From the NCBI GenBank assembly GCA_030265395.1, contig JARFYF010000104.1, positions 77,498,624 to 77,562,623 of the forward strand: a stretch of DNA of 64,000 bases, written 5' to 3'. The notes beneath the pieces are model-generated. The model did not search any database. It saw only the letters and a list, made by a program, of their open reading frames with translations, and was not told the DNA's origin. Each line of letters starts with the position of its first letter. The first letter of the stretch is position 1. Source of the DNA: Rhina ancylostomus. Its lineage: Eukaryota. Below are positions 36,681 to 51,900 of the stretch, piece after piece. Both the position numbers and the translations under genes were made by a program.

Positions 36681-37959
36681 GACAAATCTGGTTTCNNNNN
36701 NNNNNNNNNNNNNNNNNNNNNNGCACAACTCAGAAGAATTTAACAAGAAAACAGTGGGACTTACAGCAAACTTCAAGACTGATGCAGTTCTGCTTCCATG
36801 AATTCAAGCTGTATGACACACAAGTGCATAAAGCAGCCAGTCCTTGCACAGTGATATGCAGGGCACTTGTGTGTGGCACTTTGTGAGATTTGTTCACCGG
36901 AGTTTGACCTATGGACGCACTCCTGCAGAAATGGGCCTTAACAACAAATGCAATGTCTACTTCACCAATACAAAAAGGAAGTCTGTGTGAATAGGCTCCA
37001 GCCCATGTAGTTCATCATGGGTACAGTGTGCAGGTAGATGCCTTTTTAAGTTTAAATTTTGCACAATGCTAGAGATTTCCTGCACTTGTCCCTCCACCAT
37101 CATTACAGATCAATACTGATGCAGTGCCTCCTTCTCCTCCCCTCCCACACTCAACAGGTTGATCATGATCCCAGTCTTCACCCAATGTCACGCCTACTCC
37201 CTTCAGTAGCAATTATAATTCCACCCACCGTCACTCTTCTCCCACAGCTGATCCACTCACTCAAAACTCCTTCCGGACCCAATGTTGAGGAGTCCCAATT
37301 TTTCTTTGTTTTTCTCCCTGTACCCATCCTCCCCAGCCCCCATCCTTCCAATCCCTGGTATTCTCTCTAGTTCTGCCATCCCAATTGCAGTGCAGACAGA
37401 GGAAAAGCCCCTGAGCATAATAAACATACATGTTGCAGGGGACTTTTGAACAAAACATGTTGACTCTCTGTGCACTAATAGTTTAATGTGCTTTGCCTGA
37501 CACCAAAGAATTTCTAAGGCCTATAAAGACAGAACACACTGAAAACACTAAGTGTATCTGGGTAGATAGAAACAGTAGCATTTCTGGTTATTGAGTTATC
37601 ATCAAATTGGAAAAGAAAGTTTGTAATATGTCTTTTTACAAAACATAAGTACGGGATCTGCAAAAGAAAGGAGGAAGGAATGTGACGTTCNNNNNNNNNN
37701 NNNNNNNNNNNNNNNNNNNNNNNNNNNNNNNNNNNNNNNNNNNNNNNNNNNNNNNNNNNNNNNNNNNNNNNNNNNNNNNNNNNNNNNNNNNNNNNNNNNN
37801 NNNNNNNNNNNNNNNNNNNNNNNNNNNNNNNNNNNNNNNNNNNNNNNNNNNNNNNNNNNNNNNNNNNNNNNNNNNNNNNNNNNNNNNNNNNNNNNNNNNN
37901 NNNNNNNNNNNNNNNNNNNNNNNNNNNNNNNNNNNNNNNNNNNNNNNNNNNNNNNNNTA

Positions 37960-38120
37960 AACCGACAACCTGGAGGAACTCAGCGAGTTGAGCAGCATCA
38001 AATGAAACACCAAAACATAGTCAATTCCTTTCCTCCCACAGGTGCTGCTTAACTTGCTGAGTTCCTCCAGCACACTGTTTCTTGTTCCAGATTCCAGCGT
38101 CTGCAGTCTCCTGTGTCTCC
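37960..38120. mobile_element. Two oppositely oriented arms of the same terminal-repeat family
   Basis: ctggaggaactcagcgagttgagcagcatc is followed by ggtgctgcttaacttgctgagttcctccag, an imperfect inverted pair. Confidence 0.65.
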
Positions 38121-41100
38121 TCTAAAATTAGTGAACTTTGGTGCAAGTCCAGAAAGCTGGGAAGTGTCTAATTGAATGAAGTGGGCAGGCAAGTAAAAAT
38201 GGCAAGCGACCTGAAGCTTTGATTCGTACTTGAACTCAGCAGTTCAGTGTGCAACAGTGTGATAGCTAATTGAATCCATGTTATCCAGAGCTGGCATAGG
38301 TTTTCAATTGGATGTTGGTACCCTTGAGAGTGACGATTGTTTTCTTAATATTGATTGCCCTGCTAAACATGGTGCACACATCCACAAACTTGTTTCTCTT
38401 GATTTGCTATTCATCAGGGGAACTAGATAAATGCAATTCCTTTGTATAGAGGCAGACTTGTGTAACACAGCAGAAATCTCATCAGTAGTTTCATTGTGCT
38501 GTTTTGCACAAAATTTAAATTGAAAGGAAGTTCAGTTATTATAGTGTGGTTTGGTGTTAGATGTTTATGATGTAAAAAGGTATGCAGGAAGTCCGTGTGG
38601 TGTTTACATTGCAAATTGTTAGTTTTGTGTTTAGTGGCAAATATGTTGATCAAATTTTTACATGTCAGTAAAACACATAATTTGGTGCTGTCTAAATGGT
38701 TGGAGTAAGTATAATAAAAATGCCTCGCTGCAATCCTATGAAGCTACTGTTGCATGTTATCTTGCTCTTTTTAAAGTTTTTAAAAAAATGTGATTCAATT
38801 GTGATATAATTTTAAATATGATATAATTTCAATGCATTTGGGTTGTGGAACAACATTCAAGTAATTCTGCACACTGCAGCATATTTCTAAAAGAAACTTC
38901 TGATGTTTCTTTGCGTAGTTCTGCATGGCAAGGAAATTAATGACCAAATGATAATGGGTCAAGTGCCTCTACCTGCAAGAATCCTGAAATATTGGAATAC
39001 TCCCTTGACCATCTTTGAACTGGGCCTTGGAATCTTTTACATCCATGTTGGAGGACAGTCAGGATTTGCACCCAGCATCTCTTTCAAAAGACAGCAACTT
39101 CAACAGTGCAGCACTTCCTCAATACTGCACTAAAGTGCCAATAAATACCACAATTGCCTTCATTATGTTTTCAAGTCTCTATTGTGGAGGTTTCTGCTAC
39201 CTAACTCCAGGTGACAAGTGCTACCAAAAAAAAGAATTGAATTGCTGGAAACCTAAACTAAAAACATAATGTTGGAAATGCTATTAGAATCCCCTTTTGC
39301 CTTGCAGTAGCATCCTGCTCACACTCAATCACATGCCTTCCATTTTTTCTTTATTTCCATTTTCTCCCTCTCCCTGTCCTTGTTATTTTTTTCCCCAGTC
39401 TATCACACTTTTATTCTGTTTTTCTCTCTTGGCCCAACCTGCTGATTTATTCCTAGAGTTTTCTACTATGATCGGCTTAATATCCTGTTCATGATGAGTT
39501 CTTGGTCATACTGAGGAGGGAACAAAATAGTACTATTGTTCCAGTCAATGTGTGCACCTGCAAGGCAACATGAGTAAGCTTTGTCCAATTTCCAAAAGTG
39601 ATGTCCACGCCAGATAGGCAAGAGTCCCTAGGACAGCTAAGAAATCTTTTGTTCATGGGGATTTTATGTGGAGTTTCTTTCCCCAAGACAAACTCAGTTC
39701 CTAAAAGATCATAATGCAGAGGGATAATGCCTGTATTCCTTGGAATAGTACCTGGCTATATTGAATGTTTTTATTGGCACAGGATCTAAGAGTCAAAATG
39801 TAAGCATGTGAATAGATATTCTGTGCACGGCCTTTAAGATTTTGTCTCAAGTGATACAACCTACAAGTTAGTTTGGTTAATACAGCAAACTTGTAAATAG
39901 TCTTGTTCCAATATCTTTGACTTACAAACAGACCTACAAAGTAAACTTTCAATATCAACAAGGCCAAGAAAACGTAAAAGATAAAGTAAGGCATGAAAGA
40001 ATGGATGAGTAAAGGGAGTAGTTAGTGGCCTAGGACTTGAGCTGGTGAGGAATGTGCATCTTTGAATATATGTCAAATAAAATTTAGATCAAATTACTTT
40101 TACCTTGTGTATATATTATTGATCAAAGGAGTACATTTTAATTAAAAGTTACCAGTAATGTTAACTAGAGAAACTAAGCTGGGAGACAGAGCTTGGCAGG
40201 GAAGCAGTGCACACTAAAATTGGGATAGTGGAAAGTGGGTACAATAATAGTTACGTGTACAATCTATTTTTGTAGACTAACAGTTATGATGGAAATAGCA
40301 GCTCACTGATATTATAACAAAGCAGGAGATGGATGAAAAGTGTGCCATTTATTTAATATTTATTTTTAAAAATCATGATTTCTGTAAATCTATATTTGTA
40401 AAGGACTTGGAACAAACAAAGGACTGTACTCATTTGTGTATGGCATATGCCCAAGGTATATCCTTCATTTCTTTTGTTTGATTTTAAAGAAAGTTAAGAT
40501 GAATAATAGTAAATTACCATTTAATTTCCCCAAGTTCCTCATTATATCCCCATCTAAATCATAATCGCTTCAAAAATGTAGTGATTTGTAAAGTGCATCT
40601 TTTAAGTGTTTGTAGAAATAATTCAAACATTAATCTTAATTTAAAGCTTATAAAGAGGCCAAAAGCTGTATAGGATAGAGACTATAAGATTGAAGAAATT
40701 GAGAGTTATTGATTTTAGAAGGGGGTTGCAGGTTGTAATGAATTGGTGGAGAAGGGTTTAGAGAGGGAATTGCAGAGTTTAAGGCCTTTTAGAGCTAAAG
40801 AGTCTGCTGTCATTGTTAGAACAATTAACATGAAGGAGTCTCAGAAAACCAGAATGGTGGAACAGAAGGAGATTATTATATGAGGATGCAGAAGCAAAGG
40901 ATTTTAAAAATAATGGATAAGTAATGCCTAACTCTGAGCCATTGTAAATGATCGGTGAGGAGGACTTGGTATGAGCTAAAACCTGGGAAGTAGTACTTTA
41001 GATATATCTAACTTGATGGAGACTGGCTAAAACTGCCTTGGAATAGTTAAGTCTAGAAGTAACAATTGTGAATAAATGTTTCCACAGTCAATAGAACAGA

Positions 41101-42179
41101 GTCGGCTGATCTTACAAAGGTAAAAATATGCAGTCTTATTAAAGGCACAATTGCAAAAATAGAGTTTTGGAAAGAGCACAGATATGTGGTCAGAAGCTCA
41201 ACACTATGTAAAACTTGTTAAGTACACTTAATAATTTCATTCTTATTGATGTGGATTCTTTCATTCGAAAGCTAACATCTTTTCTGTTTTTGGTTATCAA
41301 AGATATGTTGAATTCTGCACTGACTTCAAAAGATTTCTGTCAACATATTACAATGTGTATAGTTATAAGAATGAAATTTTCTTCCAGCAACACTCATTGC
41401 TGCTATGCCTCAGTATGCAAAACAAAAATTATTAATGACAGCTTCACAAAACCACTTGTCCATCCCAGAGAACTTGTGGAACTAGGGCTGTGGAAGCATG
41501 CATTGTACAAGTCAGATTTCCAATGCCATTTTGTACTCTAGCACAAGGCTTCTTTGGTTGTCCTGGTTACAGTTAGAGTGTAAGAATTGTTAATTGTTTC
41601 TAACCTTGCATCTATTTGTTTGAAGATTTAAAGATAACAAGATTTTAATTGCTTAATAGTCTTTTATGCAGTAATTGACCCTCATTGTTTCAGCACTTGT
41701 CATGTTTCCTTTCTCACCCTTTCATTGTCAGCATCTGCCTCTCTCCACTGTCTAGGCACCCATTGGTTTATGGCCCCAGGAAAGAAAGTGGAAGGCATAC
41801 ATTGCCTATAGAAATGTATCTGCATCAGAAGACAGTTTTGAATATGGATGGAAAATGGTTGAAAGAGGAAGTGTAAAAATGTATGGTGTGAGGAAATCAT
41901 ACTATTTTATCAAGTATATAACTGACTAAATGGTGTAGTGCTCTAAATTAGACATTGTGTGGAATATTAGATTTGCCCCATATGCATCTGAAAACCTTTT
42001 GTGCACTTTGCTGGCTGAAAAACGAAAAAAAAATGTAACTTGCCATTATACTGAGATTCATTGATTGCTTTCTTTAATCAGCATATTTTGTCCAACTACA
42101 GAAACTTGAGCACAAAATCCAGGCTGATCATCCAGTGCAGTACTGTAGGGATATCTGACTGTTTGAGATATCATTTTTT

Positions 42180-42410
42180 GATTAGAAAAATAGACAAAGT
42201 AGAACACAGGAACAGGCCCTTCGGCCCGCCATGTCAGTCCTGAACATGATGCCAAATTAAAACTAATCCCATCTGCCTGCACATAGTCCATATCCCTCTA
42301 TTTCCTACCTATTCCTGTCTGTCTAAATGCCTCTTAAGCATTGCTATTGTTTCTGCTTCTACCACATTCCCTAGCAGCACGATCCAGGTACCTACCACTC
42401 TCTGCATAAA
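42180..42410 (-). mobile_element. CR1-like LINE 3' tail fragment
   Basis: acaggcccttcggccc...ctaatcccatctgcctgcac...ccatatccctc...tctaaatgcctcttaa is the reverse complement of a CR1-type tail like that at 19800-19980. Confidence 0.65.
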
Positions 42411-45400
42411 ACAGATCATCTGTTATCGGTTTCCTATGTTGCAGCAGTAACTCCATTCAAAATCAGTTGTTAAGTGCTTTGGGACATTGCAAAGTTCTAA
42501 AGGACATTACATAATTGTATCTTTTTTTAGTCAGAGAAATTCAGCATACTTCAATTTCCTTAACATTCAAAAGTTTGTGTATTCAGGACATGAATGTAGT
42601 GCTGAGATAAGAGAGCACCCAAGATTTTAATGAATGGTGGAGCTGGTGTGCCAGATGTCCACTAACAGCCAAATTCCTTGTAGATTTAGCATCACTGCAT
42701 GTCAAGGTGACACAGTTAGAACAATAAATCAATTGACTATCTAAGTATTGGCATTCTTCAAAGAGCTCAGCATATCCCAGATAATAATTTTTGTTTATCA
42801 GACTAATGGTATAACAGTGAACTTACAAATTTATCTTTGTAGTGTCTGTACCTTGCACAAAAATATGGAATCAGCATGATGTTAATTCCACAGTGGGAGA
42901 TAATTTATCCTTTTTCATCGACCAACAGACAAATTTAGAGTAGACCCATGTAATTAATGTCACCACTTCCTTAAGGACATAGCAATGTTGTAGTTTCTCA
43001 TGTGATGGCATTCCAATTTCCTCAGAAATGTTTCTGTGCCCTTTTTAATGGGATTGCAGTAGTAAAGTCAAATTTTTATAAACATTCTAACTGTGGTTCA
43101 GCTATCAGAAGCAATGTAAGTACCTTTTTTAAACACAATTCTTTTAGGACTGCCTGCTCCATGGAGAACCATGTCACATCAGCAGCTCATGGGCTCATAC
43201 ATGTGTCTTAATACTACATCTATATATGTTGTCTTCCCTGTTTCAAGCAACACAAGCTGAGACATTTCTCTATTGAAAATTAATAATTTAACCTTGATTG
43301 GAGCTCCATACTTACATAGGTGTATCATATATACAGGTCCTCCCTAGGTTACAAACATCTGACTTGTGGACCACCACATACATACGAATTTGAAAGACTG
43401 GCGGGATGGATGAGGATGGATTTGCTTGTCTCTGTGAAGCTGCAGGCATCTTCTGGTGGGTGGGAACAGGGGAATCCATCCACATGCCTTCTCTCCTCAC
43501 CGTCCATTCCCCAGAGCCACAACAATCTGGGTGGACTGACCCTGAAGTCCGTGTTCATGTGGCATTTTCTGCAGGTTCATGTACAGAGGTCACTAGTTTG
43601 AGAAATAACCCTTGGTAACTAGAGACATTTAGAAAAGGTCATAGTAAGGAAATAATTAAAACATTTCTTATACAATTGTATATGATTTCTAATGAAATTT
43701 AATGCATGAAAATTAATTAAAACATGAATAATTGAAAGAAAAATTACTCATTTTCGCTTACATTTTTGGGAATGTTGGCGACATTATTCATATGAATAGG
43801 AGTCTGCTTGATGCATGAGGTATGGCTGCTGTAAAGCCAGAAGATCAGATGCAAAGTATATCTGGCCCATCAGTTTAATACATTCTGGATGCCATCAATA
43901 CATTATTAAGTCTAGAGGTAAGCAAGACATTGTATGTCTGCATCTGAACTTCCATGCTCCCATATGTGGCACTGATATCTACAATGGATTAATGTGCAAA
44001 GAAGGAAACCACTATTTCTGTATAAAACAAACAGCAGAGCAGTTTGACCCAATCTGTTTAGTAAACAAGAAGTTTTCTGAAGACTGTTGTTCGAATTCTG
44101 AATCCAAGATTTAAAGATGCACAATGATCAACCAGCTGGCTCTCTTGGCTTTTATTTGAATGCTACTTTTAATCCTGTTTTACATTAGGCAATGATCAGG
44201 AAGCCATAAGTATTTTTATTATATGCATTTCTGAAGAACTAATCTAGCTAAGTCATTTCTTGACATGCTTCAAAATGACTTGCTATTATAACTTGAAATT
44301 ACAATTTTATAATTATAATTTATTATAACTTGAAATTATATTTCAAGTAAAAAAAATTGCTGATGGTTGCCATTAAGATAATGTTGTGTATCCCTTAAAG
44401 TGATACCACTAACTAGTGAAATAATACTCTGCCAAATTATTTTGAGAGATTCTGTGCAGTGTTCTTGTTTTCATTGCATATTAAAGACAGTCCTTGAGAA
44501 TTATAGGTAAAGCATCGTTCACTTTGACTAAATCTAAATCTTTATCTATAATCACTGAATTATGAACAGTTGTTCAAATGTTTAAAAAGAACTTCCTCAA
44601 TGAGAAAAAACAAAACCTTTGTACATGGTTGCAAGATAGACATCCAATCTTAACTTACGACAAATGAACTTCTGTTATACAAGTCTTGTTAGACTAAAGC
44701 CATCTTTTGTTTAAGAAGTAAGATTATTTGGAATGTTTATTGAAGGTTTGTCAAGGTAATAGCTATTGGTAGAGAGAACACCAATGCAAAATTATACTTG
44801 GCTATATGATTGGCACTATACGATATTAACTATTGACTGATTAGTGTGAAATTATAATTTGTATTCATAATGCTAATGATCACTCAAATCCTTGGAGTTT
44901 GTGTAGCCTTCTAATTTAGTTTGTATTTCCTCTTGTTTCCATTTTTTCTCTTCTCCAAGGCAACATTAACCTTCCTATATTGCACTTTCACAAAAGTTGA
45001 CATGTGGAGGTTTAGGTTTTGCAAATTCAGCCCCTGTTGTCACCACCAATTGTCCTGTAATGTGACTATTCTCTTTTGAGGAATTGATCAAAGATCACAT
45101 ATCTGACCTAAGATTTGAGCTCGCTGTAATGTCTTCTGTATGTGGTGATAACACAATCATATGAAATCAATAGCAAAACATGGTTTATTATAAGGCTGAA
45201 CACTTAACACCTAAGCTTTGTACATCTTGCACCTATTCATCCAAGCTATACAGCCTATTCCAATTACTTTGTTAAAATAGGGGTAACCCATGACTTTCTC
45301 ATCTAATAAGAGTGTGGTATACCCATATATAGAAAAATATATTTTTTGACATCCATTTTTAGAAATTATTTATTTTCTCTACAAAACACTTTGAAGCAAT

Positions 45401-46271
45401 AAAAAAATATATGCTTCTACAATTAGCAAACATTGCATCATTCCTGTCATTAGCTTTTCCAAAACCTGGTGGATCTTCTCACAGATCTATTCTCTTCCTC
45501 CACTCTTTGCCTTCAAAAGAAATGATCACTTCCAAACTTATCTGAATGACCATGGTCAGCAAGCTTATTTATTTGAGACACTTGTTTTCTGAAGTTTGAA
45601 TGAATGTCGCTGCAGGGTTTTTGCCTTGCAAATGAATCAGGTGTTGTCACTGAACACTCTGATTCTATGGCGTCAAGGAAACCCTCACAGATAGTGGAAC
45701 ACGATATGACTCATAATCTAAGTGCAACGGCACTTTGATATTCATGTACAGCTCTTGATGGCATAATATGATCCACATGTAGATTCCTGAGCTTGCTGCA
45801 GTCTGAACAAGATACCATTTGGAAATACAAAGAGGAACAATGGTTCTAATTTCCTATTCACCTGCAGGCACTTTATTGGGAGGATTCAAAATCTTGAACA
45901 GAAATCTTCTCTTTGTGACCTGACTTGAAATAGAATTTCAGACACGTTTGCTTCTGTAGCAGTTCCACTGAGATTGTTCTCATTGTCTTTTCATGAAAAG
46001 TTTTTGCAGGCATGTTTCATGTAGAGTAGTTCTACATTATTACAGAAAATTTGCTAAACATTATTATGTGGTGAAGGAACATGAGAAATATTAAGGTATG
46101 CTTGATACCATTCTCACAAAGTCATTAAACTGCTGCAAGCAAATCAGTGGTCCATTGTCAGAGACTATTCCNNNNNNNNNNNNNNNNNNNNNNNNNNNNN
46201 NNNNNNNNNNNNNNNNNNNNNNNNNNNNNNNNNNNNNNNNNNNNNNNNNNNNNNNNNNNNNNNNNNNNNNN

Positions 46272-46400
46272 TCCTCCGGGTGCTCCGGTTTCCTCCCACA
46301 TTCCAAAGACGTACGGGTAGGTTAATTTGGGGGTTTAAAATGGGTGGTATGGACTCATTGGGCCGGAAGGGCCTGTTACCACGGTGTAAATAAAATTTTT
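46272..46400 (+). mobile_element. HE1/V-SINE-like SINE 3' part (5' part lost in N gap)
   Basis: TCCTCCGGGTGCTCCGGTTTCCTCCCACATTCCAAAGACGT is a recognisable V-SINE central motif, followed by a CR1-like tail (gggccggaagggcctgtt) and an AT-rich end. Confidence 0.75.
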
Positions 46401-47649
46401 TAAAAAAAACTTCCAATCTCTTGGATAGCCTACCAATTAGGACTAGGAAATGGACATGTCCCTTTTTCACAAAAATCCATATGCATTCATTGAAAGGGTT
46501 TCTTCAGTATGTCCATACTTGCAATGGTGTTTCTATATGGGCTGACAGTTGGTTCTTGAACTGCCAGCTCCTTTAGGTTTTTTCTTCTATGCACTTGGAC
46601 AATAGAACACTTTTTTGAATGCATGACAGTAAAGTGACTAGTCTCTAAGGGCTTTAATTTCCCTATATGAAGAAAATAATTTTGTTACTGAAACTTGTTT
46701 TATCGGGTTCAGATAAATATACATTTGCTTTTAACATTTTACAGAGGCACCTTTATGAGTTATTCTATAATTGAGAGTTTATGCGTGTACCATTGTAAAA
46801 TAAAGAGAACACATTTGTATTGAAACTTTTCATGACCTCCATTGTCCTAATGCATTCTATCATTTAAGTCCATTTGAAATGTAATTTAGGAAACTTTGCA
46901 ATGTGCAAACAGCCTGCCATGTCCTACAAGTATACTGAGCTACAAATGCTAATGCACCCAGGAGATGGGCATTGCAGAGGGTACAACCCCCAGTCCCAGG
47001 AAACTTCAGTTGGATGCCAGTTTGCAATTGAACAGGAGTCGCACATTTTTTTGGGACAACAATGTGTGACCTGGTGGTTATATTCTCGGGTAGGCTTGGG
47101 GTTTTGTTGGATAATGACCCTAAGCCCCATTGGGCCTGAGCTGTGGTTGGAATTGTGGGGGAGGAAGGGAGGGATCAGAGTCTCTGCTTTGTGTTGAGAG
47201 GCCAATAAAGAATGGGGTGTGTGCCTCAGTATGCTACATGTAAGGTGCGATTGTTGAGGAAGGTAGGAACCGGAGTATGTGTCCTGGGCCGGATGACTGG
47301 GTGAGGGAAGAAACATTGAGGAGGAGAGGAACGGGTGCTTCTGCATGCAGTGAGAGGGAGGACATGCCTTGAGTTTGTAGTTGGGAACAGGAGAGTGAAG
47401 AATTTGGCCCATTGCTCTTGGCTGGTGGGAGGAGTTGTCATGTGCAAACGATGATGTTTACAGTCCCCATCTTTTGTGTTGGGATAAGCTTGCAATTGTG
47501 TTCAATATTTTTATCCTGAAACGATAGGAATGTGTCTGCAAGTTGTTCAGGAGCCGGAACATGCTAAAGTCAGGATTGTACTGGATGTTTGTGGAGTTGG
47601 TGCTTCACTTGAATATAATAGCACTGGCCATGTGGTCTGAAATCAAATC

Positions 47650-48900
47650 AGTATAGAATTACATAGAATATGCAGCCATTCAGCACACTATTCTTGCAAA
47701 GCTTATCCTCCACTTGTACGTCCTACTGTCATTCTTTTCTAACTCTTACCAATGTAACCTCCTATTCTCTCCTTCTTGTTTAGTTTTCACTTAAAAGCAA
47801 CAATACCATTCCTCTCTACCACTCCTTAGGAAGGAACCGGCCACCACCCCACCTGCCCCAATCCCACTTTTGCTATTGGTTAAAGCAGTTACTCATGAAC
47901 ATCTTGCCCTGATGACTCTAATTTTTCTGTTTGCTACAAGTGTAAATATTTTCTCTCTATCTACTTTATCAAACTCTCTAATAATCTCTCAAGTTCCTCT
48001 TGGTCGATAAGAGACCGGATGTGTACATCTTTCCTGGATAGGATAACCTTGCTTTTTTGGTAACATCTAAGCAAACCATTTTGTATCTTTTCCAGTGTCT
48101 CAATATGCTTTTACAATTTGGTGACTAGATTATACACGTTACTTAGAGATTTTGGCTTAGATAAGCATTTAACATAAATGGCTCTGCTTTTCAATTCTTT
48201 CCATCCAAAAATGGCCTTATTAGCCAGCTGTGCTGCTTATGATTTTGTTTCTGAGATCCCTTTGTTTCTCAAGTTACGAGTAATATGTGGTACTTTTCAT
48301 AACTAAAATTACCCCACATTTGTCTGTGTTGAAATTAATTTGCCAATTATACAGTGATTGTGCAAGTTTGATTAATGTCTTGTAATTTGCTGCAATTCTC
48401 TTCAATATTGACTCTGCTACCCCTTCCCCTTTCCATAAATTTAGATTTTTTTTGTATTCTGATTACAAGTTCCACATCAAGTTAAAATTTGTGCATCTGT
48501 GTTTCAAAAAACACCCACTTTCTGGCTTCTCCAATTAATAACAACTCTTCACCTATACTCTTGATGCTCTGTCCATTGTGCCACTTGCCCCAATTTTGAA
48601 TACTGATAATATTCCTAATTTATTATACAGTACCTTTTATCAAAGGCCTTCCTGGAACCTAGAAAAAAAAATCTTTTCTTCCAAATGATGCTGCTCAAGC
48701 AAGACTTTTTGATATCAGCAGTGACTAATCATTATTCAATATTTGGTTTCTTGATGTATTTTTATTTTTACCATTTTGTGAGGATTCCATGATTTTTTTT
48801 CCCTACTATCAATGTTAAACTGACTGGTCCACAGTTCTCTGGATATTCTCTATCTTAAGCAGTTTGACAGCTAGTGGAAAGTTTATGATCTAGCTCATGA
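47650..48900 (-). mobile_element. Old CR1-like LINE relic including RT-region motifs
   Basis: On the minus strand, ccaggaaggcctttgataaa is KAFDK-like (~48640-48660) and ggaccagtcagtttaaca is PVSLT-like (~48810-48830). Heavily decayed. Confidence 0.5.
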
Positions 48901-51900
48901 ATAAGAATTTTCATAATCTAATAATTGCTTCATGTGATGTTTTGCATCCAGATTGGGCTTCAATTACTGGTAGCACCAACTAATCCACTTTAAGGAGATG
49001 GCTGATAAACTTCCAGCATAATTAGGGAGTTGTGGATCATCATTGAGAGTTGTAGTGATGTTGCAATCCTTAAGGCTAAATGAAATTGGGAGAAAGAGTG
49101 ATACTGCCTTCCAATACCAGCTTCAGCTAGTTACAGATTGGGCTAAAATCTCCCTGGTTTGAGCTGTCCTTTTAGATGTGTCCAAAATTTGGAATGCTGT
49201 CCAGATGAACTGGATATGCTGCAGAGCATGTCAGAGATTTGTCTTGCTGACAGCATCTGAAAGTTGAGGATTCACTCATCCAAGGGTGCTATGGAGTTGT
49301 GTTTATTTATGGTTTGGTTTCCACATCATTATTGAAGTTCGAGCATACATTAAAATTATTACATTAATGTTGTGTAGTTTCAATGTTTGTACTTTTAATC
49401 TTCCCCAGAGAATTTATTTGTTACCAATATATTACAATTCAGTGATATAGTTGAAACCATTTGCAACAATTTTTTGGAAGAAAATAAGATGGGAAACAAC
49501 GAATCTGAAGCATCTCCAGACTGAAACTCTGCCCATTAGTTTGTGGCATATATTCCAGACCCATGTATCATGACTACAATTCTTTCAAACTGCACAAAGC
49601 AAAAGCCTTTTAAAGCTGTATCTGAGAAGTTATGAAACAATTATTGTCAGCTGGTCTGGTTTTGAATTAAAGAGAATGAAAGGAGGTCTGTTCCCTTTTC
49701 ATCTGGAAGCTTAAAACCACAGCGTCAGCTGACCATGATTTTTTAAAAATTTCTCATTGTAATAGTATATTTTTAAATTGATAGCAGGAAAATCTGCTTA
49801 CTATATTTTAACTGTTGTTTATTTCTGCTACTTTTATGTGATGCCTTCATTGAATTGTCCTGTGTACCAAGTTAAATATTGAGAATAATTGTATCACACC
49901 TACTACTCAAATTTGTGTTTTAAGTTATGTCTTAATCATAAGTACTCGAGGCTGTTGATATGGTCCCTCACTTTACATTTTTGGTTGAAAATGTTGTATG
50001 AATTCAGGTTTTTGTTTCTCCCATAGCTATTCATTTCTGAGAACTATATGCAAGGAAGTCAATTCGTATATGTAATCATAAGTTGTCATTTGGTTTTAAT
50101 TGCAGAATATCCTTTGATCAGCCCTCGGCTAATATGTTAAATTTTAAAACATTCCTCATGCTTGCTCCTGAACTCTTGACTTCCAATCTGTGAAAAATTT
50201 CTGATTTGTAGCTGCTTTAAATTTTTAATAAGTGAATTATCCTGAAGTGAATCAATTCATTTTATTTTCCTCCAATATTGTAAGTCAGCATTTATCTAGA
50301 ACATCAAAAATATCTCAGATAAAGGTTCTTAGTTGCTTTTGTAGGGACTGAGCTTGTGCATCTGAATTAAATAACGAATCAAGAAGCAGGGTGTCTCTTT
50401 GAGATTTCTGCAAATAACAGCAATGCTGTTGAATTTCAAACTAGTTCTGTATGTTTTGTCTTGTCTAATTGTATCCATGAACACATCCTCAGACAGGAGT
50501 GTTATTTTTCTTCTATTTTTAACTAGCATCACCTACCCTTTTAAACCATGTATGCACTACAGATTATGTATTCGAATGAAATTAGTAAAAGTTTTAATAT
50601 ATGTGTACTGGCCTTAAAACAATACCAGCTATATTATTTTAATCAAGATTTGCTTTCCTTTATTTACAAATAATAATGGGTGTGGTTACAGCTGTGAAAT
50701 CTACTATGTATATTGTGCGTCAATTAATTTGTGTTTCCTGTATATTCTGAGAAGGCCCTAGTTTTGATGCAAGCTTCTCACAGAAAACTCTGACAATATA
50801 ACATTTACTACACTAAATTTCACAGCAATATTCTTTGACACTATACATTGGTATTGGTTGCATTAGATATCATTTAATGTAGCTTTACTTGCACTGCTTT
50901 GTTTTAGCAATCATACAGTTTTTAATATGAAGTTAAAAATAGCACAAAGCAGCTGTATTTCCTTTTTCAAAAGTAGCTATGCCAGATCCGGGAGCTGAAG
51001 CTGTGCATTTCCCTCTCCACCCTCCCCTCAATTTGACCTCATTTCCCTGATGATAAATGTTAGTCAGTTAGCCTTCCTGGTTTCAAAATGTGTAAGAATT
51101 TTATTTAAATTGAACAACAAAATCCTTTTTCACCTTAAACCAATAGGATGATAATTTTTTTATAACATAAAAATTAAACCAGCCACAAAATTCCAATACC
51201 ACTGATCTGCTTCATCCAATTTTGTTCTTTGGTCTTCATTTTCAGGAAAGCACTAATTTCACACACTCGGACACAAATTTAGTAGAATGAAAAAATATTA
51301 ATAGCTTGTCCTTGAATACAAACTTTTTTTTCAAATACATTGAATAAATAGGATTATCATGTAGCAAATTTATCATTGTTTTGGTTATTAATTCTCAACC
51401 AGTTGTCATTAGCTTGTATTTAGAAGATTTAAGGCCAACATATTCAAAATGTGAACTTGCAAATGTGTTAGACAAATTAAAATGATGATCAACTTGATTA
51501 TTAATTAAACTGAGGTTATTTAACAGAAGTAGCAACTATTCCCATTCCAACCTGCAGAATTTGAGTATAATTTCCAAGTTCAGCATTACCGCACAATAGC
51601 TTCCATTTTGCTGCAAAGCAGATCTTGCAATATAAGCCTAGAATCTGTACTACTGTGAATGTATGACTGCGGTTCAGATGCAATACAGGGTAGAAACAGA
51701 TTTTAAAGTACTCTGTCTGCTGATACAATGGGCTCTTTGTACATCTTGTGTTGCTACAAGTGGTTTGAGAGTGGGGAACCTCCATGTTGTATTCACAACA
51801 TCAAAGTTTTAGTAAATATGAAAGACCACAGAACTTATGTGGTTACATGTATGTGCAGGACTGCTTCATACTCAAGATAACTAGAGTTCCAGTTAGAAAC

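Noticed and set aside
43330-43400. TACAGGTCCTCCCTAGGTTACAAAC resembling a pogo/Tigger-type terminal inverted repeat
   Set aside because: I could not find a convincing matching right end or transposase remnant.
44280-44350. AT-rich short direct and inverted repeats (TTATAACTTGAAATTA x2, TTTCAAGT)
   Set aside because: Short and low-complexity; consistent with slippage or a local template switch, with no functional evidence.
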